Virus record (IMG/VR): IMGVR_UViG_3300022307_000003
Span: 1 to 49,613 of that record
Strand: one strand, 5' to 3'
DNA from: a virus
Lineage: Duplodnaviria; Caudoviricetes
DNA: 49,613 nucleotides
Below, in pieces: positions 20,242 through 29,451 of this stretch; positions within the stretch are counted from its first letter, which is position 1, and every line of letters begins with the position of its first letter. The notes beneath the pieces are model-generated. The model was not told where the DNA came from, did not search any database, and saw nothing but the letters and a program-made list of their open reading frames with translations. A program made the translations under genes and the position numbers.

Positions 20242-21441
20242 ATGGCAATAGAGCTATCCACGGAATACCCGGCCCAGGTCGACACATCAAACCCGTCAGG
20301 GTACCCGCATGGAGCCGCGCGCGATGATGCTATCCCAGGAGACGGCCAGGGAACGCCACTCCAGAAGACGTGGGTCAATGACCTGTATGGGTTCTTCGCG
20401 GCCATCCTGAAGCGTGGTTCAGTTGCACCAAGCGGCGCACCCGACAGCGCGATCACCTCGCAGTACTGGGACGCTTTGAAGTGGGGGCTGCTGGGCGAGT
20501 TGCAGGTCGCCAACTACACGGACTACAACATTGGCACCGCTTCGGCCACGGTCTACACAGGCAACCTGAATAGCATTTGTTACGCGCATGAGTTGGACCG
20601 CTATGTCGCAGTTGGCGACTACTCCGCGGGCGACACCGCGGTTTTCTACTCCAGCGACCTCATCACATGGACTCGCACGGCCACGGTCTCGGGTATCTCC
20701 AATCTGTACGATGTGTGCTGGAGTGGTTTGAAGTTCTATGCGGTGGGGACGGGGGGCAAGATTATCGGATCGTCCGACGGCATCACGTGGGCCATCGAGC
20801 CCGCGGGATCTGGCTATGTGGGCGACTTCTATGGGGTGGCCGCGGTGAGTGCCACCAAGATCATCGCCGCTGGCTTCAGCGTGATCACTGGTGGTGAGCT
20901 GCAGATATCGAGCGGTGGAGGCAGCTGGACGCAAGCGACGTTGCCTGGGACTGACCGCCTGTACTGCTGTTGCGCGAGCCCGAAGTACAACAAGTTCTAC
21001 TTGGCTGGGCAGAACGGGAAGATCATCTCGGGCCTCTACGGCCTGACCGGCTGGGCGTACGAGAGTGCTGCGGATGGATTCACAGGTGACTGGCTATCAA
21101 TCGACGCTAGCCCATTCAGCGGAGAGGTGTTGATTGGTGGCGCCAGTGCCACGATTCAGCACAGCTTTGGCGCTGGTAGCTGGGTGACTCGCACCCCTGA
21201 AACGGTGGGCGCCACTGCCTTCGCTGGCAACTACACCCTGGTCAAGCGTATGGACGCTGTCGGCAAGTGGCTGGTTGGCGGGAACACGGGCGGGGAGCTG
21301 CAGGCGTCTTCGGACGGGATCGCCTTTCGCCGCGTGCGCCAGAATGCAGCTTGGCCGTACCTTAGTGCGGGTGCTGCGGGTGGCGGTGGCCTTGCCCTGG
21401 TGGGCAACGGTGGCGGCGTTCACGTCGGGCTGCGCGGTTGA
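20242..21441 (+). CDS. Tail fibre-like protein with C-terminal beta-propeller (receptor-binding candidate)
   Basis: N-terminal GDGQGTP..WVND...SQYWDAL fibre anchor; repeated SSDGITW/SSDLITW Asp-box-like motifs. Confidence 0.75.
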   Translation: MAIELSTEYPAQVDTSNPSGYPHGAARDDAIPGDGQGTPLQKTWVNDLYGFFAAILKRGSVAPSGAPDSAITSQYWDALKWGLLGELQVANYTDYNIGTASATVYTGNLNSICYAHELDRYVAVGDYSAGDTAVFYSSDLITWTRTATVSGISNLYDVCWSGLKFYAVGTGGKIIGSSDGITWAIEPAGSGYVGDFYGVAAVSATKIIAAGFSVITGGELQISSGGGSWTQATLPGTDRLYCCCASPKYNKFYLAGQNGKIISGLYGLTGWAYESAADGFTGDWLSIDASPFSGEVLIGGASATIQHSFGAGSWVTRTPETVGATAFAGNYTLVKRMDAVGKWLVGGNTGGELQASSDGIAFRRVRQNAAWPYLSAGAAGGGGLALVGNGGGVHVGLRG

Positions 21442-21465
21442 CGATCGTTCAAAGGGCCTGACCCC

Positions 21466-22221
21466 GTGGAGCTATTTTTCCGCATACTGAGCCACCTGCT
21501 ACCTGACTCGCTGGCGTTGCGTATCCGCCAGGCATCGACGGCCTGGCGTTTCGACGAAGGCCACAGCTTTGATGACGATGGCTTGCGATGGGATGGCCAA
21601 TCAGGCGGGCGCACCATTGACCGCTTCTGGCAGGGCATCGCGTCCTTTTTTGGCATCACGCGAACCTACGTTGATCTGTTCCTGCTCGACGCGTTCACTT
21701 CTAGCACGCGCGACCTAGACGAGTGGGAGTTTCAGTATGGATTGATTCCGGCTGCTACGGATGCTAATCGCCGCGCCAACATCGCCGCGGCGAAGCTGTC
21801 CACGGGTGGCCAGGGCCCTGGGTACCTGCAGGACACCGTGCAGGCCGCTGGGTTCGATCTGTACATCCATGAGTGGTTTGACCTACCTGGTGCCCCCCTG
21901 GACCCGCGCACGGTCACCGTGGCGCCACTGCTTGGTCTCACGCGGTGCGGCAGTCCTGACGCGAACTGCGGAAACCTCGACGCGCGTTGCAACGCGTTCT
22001 TGCTCAATGACCCGCTGTACTTCGCGAACAAGCGCCTAGTTAGGGCCGCCCCGCCGCCCATCCCCGCTGATTCTGCGTCCTGGCCCTATTTCCTCTACTG
22101 GGGAGCAGAAACCTTCCCAGACCACGCAGAAGTACCCTCGGAGAGGCGGCAAGAACTTGAGCGGCTACTGCTCAGGATATGCGGCGCTGACTGGCTTGTG
22201 GTGCTGGTCGACTACGTTTAG
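21466..22221 (+). CDS. Baseplate protein, Mu gp48/YmfQ-like
   Basis: LDEWEFQYGL and TGGQGPGYLQ motifs. Confidence 0.75.
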   Translation: MELFFRILSHLLPDSLALRIRQASTAWRFDEGHSFDDDGLRWDGQSGGRTIDRFWQGIASFFGITRTYVDLFLLDAFTSSTRDLDEWEFQYGLIPAATDANRRANIAAAKLSTGGQGPGYLQDTVQAAGFDLYIHEWFDLPGAPLDPRTVTVAPLLGLTRCGSPDANCGNLDARCNAFLLNDPLYFANKRLVRAAPPPIPADSASWPYFLYWGAETFPDHAEVPSERRQELERLLLRICGADWLVVLVDYV

Positions 22222-22252
22222 TCGATAGTCAAATTGACCCCCGGACTGCTCA

Positions 22253-24727
22253 ATGACCCAACCTGTAACACCTGCTTCTTCTGACGCGGCAACGCCTCTC
22301 ACGCTCTCGCCCAATGAGAAGGCGAGTAGCGCGACGATGCGCGCCATCCACCAAATTATCTGGGACCACATACAGTGGTGCAAAGACAACCTTGGCGGGG
22401 GGGTGTCACTGGCGGCCAATCAGATATTCGCACGCGCATCATCGGGTGTAGCAGAAGGCAAGCCCAGCTCGGATCTTACCCTTTCGCTTGCGGCCCTCTC
22501 TACAGCTGTCAGCAAGCTCGACGCGCAGACAGCGAAGGGCGCGGCGATTGCCTCAGCTACCACCACCAACTTGGCGGGCGCCACGGGTGGCTACGTGGAA
22601 ATCACGGGCACCGCGACCATCGCCAGCATGGGCACGGCCGCAGCGGGCGTTGTACGCGTGGTCTACTTCGCGGGCGCGTTGACGCTTACCAACTCTGTGA
22701 ATTTGATTTGCCTGGGCGGCGGAGACGTCAAGACGTCCGCTGGCGACACCGCGGTATTCCTGTCGGATGGCAGTGGCGTGTGGCGGATGGTGGCCTACCA
22801 CAGGGCAAGCGGGCAAGCGCTTAGCGAAAGCAACGCCACCACAGGCATACTAGCTGGCGGCGTAATCACCGCTGGCACTGGCGGCGACGATGTCACTGTG
22901 TCCGATGGTTCCGGCACGATTTCGGACTACAGCAACCCGCTCGTGCCAGTGCACACGTCAGTGTCCTGGTCTTCGATTACTGACGTCGTAATCACCGACA
23001 TTGCCACCACGCAAATCACCTACCTGTTCATCAACTCGTCGGCAGCGCTCGTGCAAATCAGTGGATCGTTGCCAACGGAGGCTGACTACGTCAACAATAT
23101 CTTCCTCGGTTTCGTAACGCACCTAGACAACGCTACGGTCGGACACGTCGCGAACATGCCCGCGCTCGGGTATCGTGCTGGGCAAGATTTCCGCGAGTTC
23201 ATTCGGCCGATTGCCCCGGTGATTACATCGGGCATTGAGCTTAGATCAGATGAGGGTGGGTACCTAGTATTATCTGGGACGTACTACCTTCCAGGGTCTA
23301 GCCATTCGTCGACACCGAACACGCCAAACCTAGGTGTTTTTGCAGGAGTAGGTTCAGCGTCGTTTGAGTTCGATGTGGTGCTAAGTGACGGAACTGAGAA
23401 CGGTGATGCTGTACTTTACTCCTCCGGGTCATCCGACATAGCTCCTCTTATCTGGGAATTCCCCGCAGGGTCCACCGATATACTCAACGGGAATAACACT
23501 GCTATCCATAGGCTATACTTCACGCCATGGGGTGGGTTTCTATTGGCGATTGGGCAAGTTACATACGCTAACATGGACGCTGCCACACAAGCGTGCGGAA
23601 GTGAAGCTTTTGTAGAGTCTGCGCTGATTCGTTCATGCACGATGATCGCAAAAATCATAGTTAGCGCGAATGGACCACAATCGCGCATTGTTGATATGCG
23701 GCTGGGAGAAGGCGGAAACACGGCGCTTGGATTACACGCATCGACGCACGCTCCGGGCGGTATTGACCCGGTATCCATGACGTTCACCGATGTTCCGCTA
23801 GGCAGCGCGGCCGTTCCTGGCCTGAAGTTCACAGGCTACAATACTGGCGTCTATGCGAGCGCTACTACTGTCGGATTGAGTGTTCTTGGCACGTCGGTTC
23901 TTGAGTCTACTGCGAGCGGCGTTCACGTACCTGGGTTTGTTAGCTCGGGCGCTATACCAGCGACCGCGGGTAACTTTAGGTCTACACACCAGTTTTTGAC
24001 AACATATCGTAACCCGACAAATACGGGTAACATAGACGCCCTCACTGGCGATTCAGCTGGCGGGCTATATGTAGGGTCGGACGCAAACATGCCAACCTTG
24101 CAGTTCCGGGCTGCCAGTACTTCATACTGGAGAATAGGGGGCGTGTCGCTAGTCACACTGAACAGCACTGGGCTCTACGTCACTCCAGTGCTGGGGCTGT
24201 CTTCATACCTGCGATTTGATCCCGAGATAAACATACGCCGCGCCAATGTTACGTACCTCTCCAGCGACGCAACCGACCTGATACTTAACAAGCCAGTGTC
24301 TTTGCTGGGGGCTACCGTTTTATTCGGTGAGAACGTCGCGTCACCCGTCTTTGCGCAGGAAGACCAAACGGGCGCGGCGCATGGGCAAGACCTATTGATC
24401 CACGCTCAAGACGCCATGGCTTCCGGATACCGTGGTGGCGATTTGATACTTCGCGCTGGATTCAGCTTGGATGACGAAATCGGCGAGCTGAGAATCCAAG
24501 ACGGATACGACGCTGACATGATTCGCGTAGGGGATGGGGCCATAGCGTTCTTCGGAGCGACCCCAGTGGCAACATCCACGGAGACCAACACAACGACGGG
24601 GTTTACGGCAAATTCAGGAACCGCCGTGTTGCACGACTCCACGTTCACGGGTGACACGGGCGCGACCGCATACACGACTGGAGCCATCGTTCGTAGGCTC
24701 AAGTTTTTAGGACTTCTGCCAGCATAG
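22253..24727 (+). CDS. Long tail fibre/spike protein
   Basis: 824 aa, Gly/Thr/Ser-rich; KGAAIASATT..ITGTATI..DGSGVWR fibre module, HASTHAPGG and GSAAVPGL motifs. Confidence 0.75.
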   Translation: MTQPVTPASSDAATPLTLSPNEKASSATMRAIHQIIWDHIQWCKDNLGGGVSLAANQIFARASSGVAEGKPSSDLTLSLAALSTAVSKLDAQTAKGAAIASATTTNLAGATGGYVEITGTATIASMGTAAAGVVRVVYFAGALTLTNSVNLICLGGGDVKTSAGDTAVFLSDGSGVWRMVAYHRASGQALSESNATTGILAGGVITAGTGGDDVTVSDGSGTISDYSNPLVPVHTSVSWSSITDVVITDIATTQITYLFINSSAALVQISGSLPTEADYVNNIFLGFVTHLDNATVGHVANMPALGYRAGQDFREFIRPIAPVITSGIELRSDEGGYLVLSGTYYLPGSSHSSTPNTPNLGVFAGVGSASFEFDVVLSDGTENGDAVLYSSGSSDIAPLIWEFPAGSTDILNGNNTAIHRLYFTPWGGFLLAIGQVTYANMDAATQACGSEAFVESALIRSCTMIAKIIVSANGPQSRIVDMRLGEGGNTALGLHASTHAPGGIDPVSMTFTDVPLGSAAVPGLKFTGYNTGVYASATTVGLSVLGTSVLESTASGVHVPGFVSSGAIPATAGNFRSTHQFLTTYRNPTNTGNIDALTGDSAGGLYVGSDANMPTLQFRAASTSYWRIGGVSLVTLNSTGLYVTPVLGLSSYLRFDPEINIRRANVTYLSSDATDLILNKPVSLLGATVLFGENVASPVFAQEDQTGAAHGQDLLIHAQDAMASGYRGGDLILRAGFSLDDEIGELRIQDGYDADMIRVGDGAIAFFGATPVATSTETNTTTGFTANSGTAVLHDSTFTGDTGATAYTTGAIVRRLKFLGLLPA

Positions 24728-24734
24728 GGTTTCA

Positions 24735-25274
24735 ATGTCTGAATCAACACTAGGTTTTGTACAGTTCGACTTGCCAGATTCCATTTGGCTTACGCAAAGA
24801 TTGGAAGTTATCAGCGACGAGCAAAACGCCGCTGCAACTTTGGAGGCGGATAAGCTGGACGCGGTCGCGCTAGCCAAGCACATGGCGGACGGTGGAGAAG
24901 CTGAGGAGTCCCCGAAAGTGGGTCGGCCTTTTTGCATCGACTTCAGATTTTGGATGTCGCATTTTCTAGCGCATCCGAATCTGCGAGCGTCCTTAGGTAC
25001 GCAAGCCATGGCACGCGACTTTGACGTGGCCATTGTGGCTGCGATGCGCGAAGGCGGCCCAGTGGTGGTGCCGTACGCGGCGTGGAAGTTCATCGTGGGA
25101 GAGCGAGACGACGAGGGCCTTGTTGGCGACCCCGGCAAGCACGGTTACCCATGGATCCCCAACAACCGCGGAGAGCGCGTTGATTTACCGTTTGAACTAA
25201 ATCTAAAGTTCGCGGAGGCTGCGCGAGACATTAGCCCGTACATTCGCGCGAAGAAAAAGGATGGTGAACTGTGA
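24735..25274 (+). CDS. Hypothetical protein
   Basis: Operon-packed ORF after the fibre gene. Confidence 0.6.
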   Translation: MSESTLGFVQFDLPDSIWLTQRLEVISDEQNAAATLEADKLDAVALAKHMADGGEAEESPKVGRPFCIDFRFWMSHFLAHPNLRASLGTQAMARDFDVAIVAAMREGGPVVVPYAAWKFIVGERDDEGLVGDPGKHGYPWIPNNRGERVDLPFELNLKFAEAARDISPYIRAKKKDGEL

Positions 25275-25663
25275 GCAAACTACGCATAGCATTGGCCGAC
25301 GATGGGTCGCCACACGCTGGAAAGCTCGTGGCGACGGGCCTCATGGCAGAGGGCCCCAACGGGGAACGTGTCGAGCATACTATCATGTTAGATGACATCG
25401 ATCCGGCTGCAATAATGGAGCGCATCATCGCGGACTTTGAAGACCCCGACGCTGAGCCGGTGTCTGCATCTGAGACGAAAGCGGACCTTGAGGACAAGCG
25501 CATACTCGCTGCAACGCTGCAACCGCTGAAGGACGCGAAGGACGCGCGAAAAGCAGCGCTGCAAGCAGAGCGCGATCAAGAGGCGGCAAATAGGTTGGCT
25601 GAAAAGGCAGCGCGCGATGCTGCCAAAGACGCGGTAAGAGCCACGAAGAAGGCTGCCAAATGA
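25271..25663 (+). CDS. Hypothetical protein, C-terminal coiled coil
   Basis: GTGA overlap with the upstream gene. Confidence 0.6.
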   Translation: MSKLRIALADDGSPHAGKLVATGLMAEGPNGERVEHTIMLDDIDPAAIMERIIADFEDPDAEPVSASETKADLEDKRILAATLQPLKDAKDARKAALQAERDQEAANRLAEKAARDAAKDAVRATKKAAK

Positions 25664-25797
25664 CTCGTGTCGTAGTCGCCGTCACCACGCTCCTGCTGTG
25701 TAGCTGCGTAGACTCGCACGCGGTATCCTGCGAGTACGACCCAGGCCGCGAGTGTGAAGACGCTGGTGTTGATGCGGTGACAGATGGTGGTGGGTGA
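25660..25797 (+). CDS. 45-aa lipoprotein (absent from ORF track)
   Basis: MTRVVVAVTTLLLCSC-VDSHAVSCEYDPGRECEDAGVDAVTDGGG; stop/start overlaps at both ends. Confidence 0.65.
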   Translation: MTRVVVAVTTLLLCSCVDSHAVSCEYDPGRECEDAGVDAVTDGGG

Positions 25798-26150
25798 TGA
25801 AGTCCATACCGCCAACCGCAGAAGACCGCTTCATTAGAGACGTTGAAGCGGGAGTGAAGATCGGAAAGTGGCTACTACCTATGGTAGGGGCGCTCGTTGT
25901 TGGGGCATTCACACTAGCTGGCTTTTTCTACTCGATGGTCAGCGCTCAGAACGAACTTTCGCGGCGCGTAAGCTCTGTAGAGTCCGCAAGGGCAACGGAA
26001 GCGAGCGAGCGCAAACAAACTACTAAGGAGCGAACAGACAGACTCGAACAGCAGTCAAGGGACATAGCCGTGCTTATGGCGATGGTTGCTGATATTCGAG
26101 ACGCTGTGAGGGATATGCGAGATTTTGGGGAAAAGAAGCGAAGGAGATAG
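25797..26150 (+). CDS. Single-TM membrane protein with coiled coil (holin/spanin-like candidate)
   Basis: One hydrophobic helix (WLLPMVGALVVGAFTLAGFFY), then heptads and a basic tail. Confidence 0.6.
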   Translation: MKSIPPTAEDRFIRDVEAGVKIGKWLLPMVGALVVGAFTLAGFFYSMVSAQNELSRRVSSVESARATEASERKQTTKERTDRLEQQSRDIAVLMAMVADIRDAVRDMRDFGEKKRRR

Positions 26151-26151
26151 C

Positions 26152-26379
26152 ATGGATACTCTAACGATCGTGGCCGTCCACATACCGCAGGCGATCGGCT
26201 ATGCCGTCGTAGTATCAACCTCAATCGACGCTGTGCGACTCTGGCTCGCTGGTGAGTTTGCAGAAAGCGACGTGTTCCCGGAGGACACAGAGCGAGAAAT
26301 TCTCACGTGGTTTGATCGCGTATCATTCGTCGCCAGGGCTGTAGCGTCTGGGTTGTCTGGGCTACGCGGAAAGAGATAA
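26152..26379 (+). CDS. Small membrane protein (holin candidate)
   Basis: AAGGAG RBS; hydrophobic N-terminus; basic C-terminus. Confidence 0.55.
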   Translation: MDTLTIVAVHIPQAIGYAVVVSTSIDAVRLWLAGEFAESDVFPEDTEREILTWFDRVSFVARAVASGLSGLRGKR

Positions 26380-26407
26380 CGCGCCGATGGCGCAGAAGGA
26401 AATTCAA

Positions 26408-26785
26408 ATGAAGAAGCTATCCGCAATCCTACTTGTCGCGCTAATGTGCGGCGGGTGCGGCCTGTTCTCGGAAGGCGGCCCGCTATCAGTTGACAAAATC
26501 GTCCAGTGTGGGCCGACAACCAATGAGCTTGTGCCTATCGTTAGCCGCATCATTTCGGGTGACGGTACCGCGAAGAACTTGAGTCAACGCGCGCTGAATG
26601 AGCTTGACGGCCTAGCGCATGACAACGGCGCGGAGGCCATAGCCTGCATAGTCAAGTCGCTTGCTGACTCCTGGCTCGGCCGGTCAGCTGCGCCTGACCC
26701 CGTGCGCGTAGCTGGGGCTCAGCGTGGCAATGCGTGGATAGCCGATCAAGGCATCGAGGAAGTTCGCGGAGCCATTCCACAGTGA
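26408..26785 (+). CDS. Lipoprotein
   Basis: MKKLSAILLVALMCGGC signal peptide and lipobox; AAGGA RBS. Confidence 0.75.
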   Translation: MKKLSAILLVALMCGGCGLFSEGGPLSVDKIVQCGPTTNELVPIVSRIISGDGTAKNLSQRALNELDGLAHDNGAEAIACIVKSLADSWLGRSAAPDPVRVAGAQRGNAWIADQGIEEVRGAIPQ

Positions 26786-27525
26786 TGCGATTCGCGCTCA
26801 TATCGGCGAGCCCTTCTGTGACAGGCAGCGACCTGATGCGGATGGCTGAGCCGATGGAGGCGAGCATGGGCCACGTGTGGGAAGCCTGGAAGGGCTACAT
26901 GCCGTCGTGGTCTTCTGGTTCGCGCCCATCGGTCATGCCGTGGGACGATACCCCGCTGCCCACGTGGGAGGGCGGCAACGTTGACTACCTGTGCCCGGTA
27001 TACTTCACTGACGATCTAAGCAATTCTAACACTCTCGCCGTACACTACAATCAAGGGGACCGGCCCGCGGCGCGCGTGTACGTGCAAGCCGCTAGCGGAC
27101 TGAACACGGGCGCCACGAGTGTGTTCGAGAGCCTGTGCCACGAAGGCGCGGAGATGATGGCCGACCCGTGGGCCAACATGTGGTCGCCGCTGCCAGGTCG
27201 GCCGGGAGTCAGCGTAGCCGATGAGAATGCAGACCCCGTGCAGGACTGGTACGCAGTCACTGTGCGAGGCACCACGTGGCGCGCGGCCAACTTCGTCACA
27301 CCCGCATGGTTCGGACGCTGCCCCGGCCCCGTCGACCACAAGGGCACGCTCCAGACTCCCGGACAAGTCGGCCCCGAGGGATACTTGATAGTACGCAACG
27401 ACGCGACAGGCGCAGTGAGCTACGAGTTCGGGCCGCGGCGAGATGGGTTCAGCTCGCGGCAAATGAACGCCCTTGCCCATCCGCTGTCACGCACTGGGCG
27501 GCGCTTCGCAGGGGTGCGGGCATGA
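26785..27525 (+). CDS. HExxE putative metallopeptidase (PHI-1/EXORDIUM-like motif set)
   Basis: LCHEGAEMMADP...ENADPV...ANFVTPAWF. Confidence 0.6.
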   Translation: MRFALISASPSVTGSDLMRMAEPMEASMGHVWEAWKGYMPSWSSGSRPSVMPWDDTPLPTWEGGNVDYLCPVYFTDDLSNSNTLAVHYNQGDRPAARVYVQAASGLNTGATSVFESLCHEGAEMMADPWANMWSPLPGRPGVSVADENADPVQDWYAVTVRGTTWRAANFVTPAWFGRCPGPVDHKGTLQTPGQVGPEGYLIVRNDATGAVSYEFGPRRDGFSSRQMNALAHPLSRTGRRFAGVRA

Positions 27526-27830
27526 GGGCCGCCGCCATGCTAGCGCTGGCACTGTGCGCCTGCGTAACCGCCCCGCTCCCCCCAGTCGAGCCGACGTACG
27601 ACCCGGCAACGCCAGGCGCCTGCGGGACGTTCTGCGGGCGCGCGCGGGTGCTTGGGTGTTCGTTCGCTGCCCCCTCCCCTGGGCCCGACCTCGTGCTGGG
27701 CACTGATGACGACTCGACATGTGAGCGAGTGTGCGCCACCTCCTTCAGCGCGGGCCTATACGAGCTCGATGACGCGTGCTTATCCGACTCTGGGAGCTGT
27801 ACCGCGCTCGACGAATGCGCCGCCCGCTAG
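27522..27830 (+). CDS. Cys-rich lipoprotein
   Basis: ATG at 27522 overlaps the upstream stop; MRAAAMLALALCAC lipobox; CxxxC pairs. Confidence 0.7.
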   Translation: MRAAAMLALALCACVTAPLPPVEPTYDPATPGACGTFCGRARVLGCSFAAPSPGPDLVLGTDDDSTCERVCATSFSAGLYELDDACLSDSGSCTALDECAAR

Positions 27831-27879
27831 CCCCTGAGGCACCCCCGCACCAGATTTACCACCCGGACTCTCCTTGGTA

Positions 27880-27915
27880 CCCCCTCCAGCCTTGCCAGAT
27901 GGAGGGGGCTTTTTT
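27880..27915 (+). terminator. Intrinsic terminator ending the late operon
   Basis: CCCCCTCCA-loop-TGGAGGGGG followed by CTTTTTT. Confidence 0.8.
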
Positions 27916-28238
27916 GTGGGTGGGGTGGGTGGTAGGGTCGCACCCGCTAGCCGATCGGAAGGCGCCCAGGTAGGTCGGCCACCCCACCTACGAATCTGAC
28001 CCAGGCGGCCCACCATCGGGTGGGCGCTGCGAGTGGCCGACACAGGCGGGTGACGATCGATGCTGTGCTATCAGGGATGTTTGCAGGCAACTGTCTAAAG
28101 TATTGATATCACAAACAAATTCAGCAAGATAGGGACGAAAGCGTTGCTTACAACAGGGATGGCGTGGTAGCGCGCAGTTGCGATCGGACCCATAGATAAG
28201 CTAGCCTTACTACACGGGAGGTTCGCTAAAGGAGCGAA

Positions 28239-28607
28239 ATGTTTATGCCAACGGTAAAAAAGTCGTGGATTTTCGATAAGTTGCAGATTCTCCTCCTAAA
28301 GGAGGAAGATCTCTGGGTCGCTCAATGCTTGGATCATGATGTTGCTTCCCAGGGCCCTGACATCCGCGGCGTTCTCCGTGCGTGGGAACATGCCTTTTTC
28401 GCGCAAGCCATGGCCAATATTGATGCTGGGATGGATCCCATGGAAAACGCGAGCGCGGCTCCAGAATTCTACTGGAAGAAATTCGATAGCGGACTGCGCC
28501 TCAGTGAGACTATAGCTGTCACAGGTGCTGCCGCCGACGAGCTTTCGCCGCCGCCAGTGCGGCTCAACCAACGTGACGGGTCGGCCTTTCGGCCTAAGTT
28601 TAAATAA
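28239..28607 (+). CDS. HicB-like (RNase H-fold) protein, orphan
   Basis: WVAQCLDHDVASQG..AAPEFYW; AAGGAG RBS; more AT-rich than its flanks. Confidence 0.7.
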   Translation: MFMPTVKKSWIFDKLQILLLKEEDLWVAQCLDHDVASQGPDIRGVLRAWEHAFFAQAMANIDAGMDPMENASAAPEFYWKKFDSGLRLSETIAVTGAAADELSPPPVRLNQRDGSAFRPKFK

Positions 28608-28801
28608 TATCAGCTAGTTAGCTGTTATTATGAAGCTTTTGATGACATGGACCACCCACCTCTCTGCTTGATGATCGATCGGTAGAGAGGTAGGCTGCGC
28701 CTGCGTAACTGCGGCGGTTTATGCCTTTCTCTGGGCGGAGATCGTCAAGCGGATTATCCGCCGCGCCCACGAGTGATTGCCTCACTCGTGGGCGCGAAAC
28801 A

Positions 28802-29060
28802 TTAATGGGTCGCATTGTCGCCCCCGAGCATTGCCTTGGCGGCACCTAGCGCGCCAGAGCTAAGGCGCCAGCCGCGTCCCGTTCCTACGCGCGTTTGGAT
28901 TAGCACCGCGTTGTCGTCATTGTCGGCGAGCCCGACGCGCACCGCCCACTTCTTCACGGCCACGGGAACACCGCGCCCACGGGCGCCACCAAGTAAGTTG
29001 GCTCAGTCCCGGCGGTTATCCCGGTTTCTCCTGCCGTGACTAGCTCGCGCAGCAGGATCA
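28802..29060 (-). pseudogene. Frameshifted gene fragment
   Basis: LILLRELVTAGETGITAG continues in another frame as ANLLGGARGRGVPVAVKKWAVRVGL...GRGWRLS...NATH-stop. Confidence 0.4.
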
Positions 29061-29264
29061 ATTAGGGTATTCCACGTCAGCAGCGGCCTTGTGAAGCGTC
29101 TCGCGGCGGCAATGCAGTAGCCTGGCAAACTCTGACCAGCCGCCAACCTCAGAGCTTATCTCCCACATGGCGCGCCTCACGTTGGCTTGCTCGCGGGCTG
29201 TGAGGCTGTAGGCGCGACGGGCCTTTGCTCGACGCCAAGTCTCGGTTTCCTTGAGGATGGTCAT
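29058..29264 (-). CDS. HTH-like protein, probably truncated
   Basis: GGAGGG RBS; LTAREQANVRRAM..GGWSEFARLL helix-turn-helix pattern. Confidence 0.5.
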   Translation of the reverse strand: MTILKETETWRRAKARRAYSLTAREQANVRRAMWEISSEVGGWSEFARLLHCRRETLHKAAADVEYPN

Positions 29265-29317
29265 CCCTCCAGCTTGGTCATCCTTGAGCGGTCAAGCAAG
29301 CGTGCAGGGTGGGCAAA

Positions 29318-29336
29318 TTCAAAGTGACCCACTGCC
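29318..29336. mobile_element. Possible IS1-like terminal inverted repeat (single end)
   Basis: TTCAAAGTGACCCACTGCC resembles the TTCAAACTGACCCACTACC-type ends I recall for IS1-related cargo elements; no transposase or partner end found. Confidence 0.4.
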
Positions 29337-29451
29337 AAGCTTTCCGATTTGCTCAATTTCTTTTTCCGTGTACATCAGGCCACCTCTTGTCTTTCTAGCA
29401 CGATTCAACGACGCCTCGGGCTTCCGCCCAGCGTCACCTGGGCGCCCGCTG

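Noticed and set aside
20242-24727. Diversity-generating retroelement or invertible fibre cassette
   Set aside because: No reverse transcriptase, TR/VR pair, invertase or flanking inverted repeats seen.
27916-27940. G-quadruplex
   Set aside because: The G-runs are explained by pairing with the downstream C-rich inverted repeat; no independent support.
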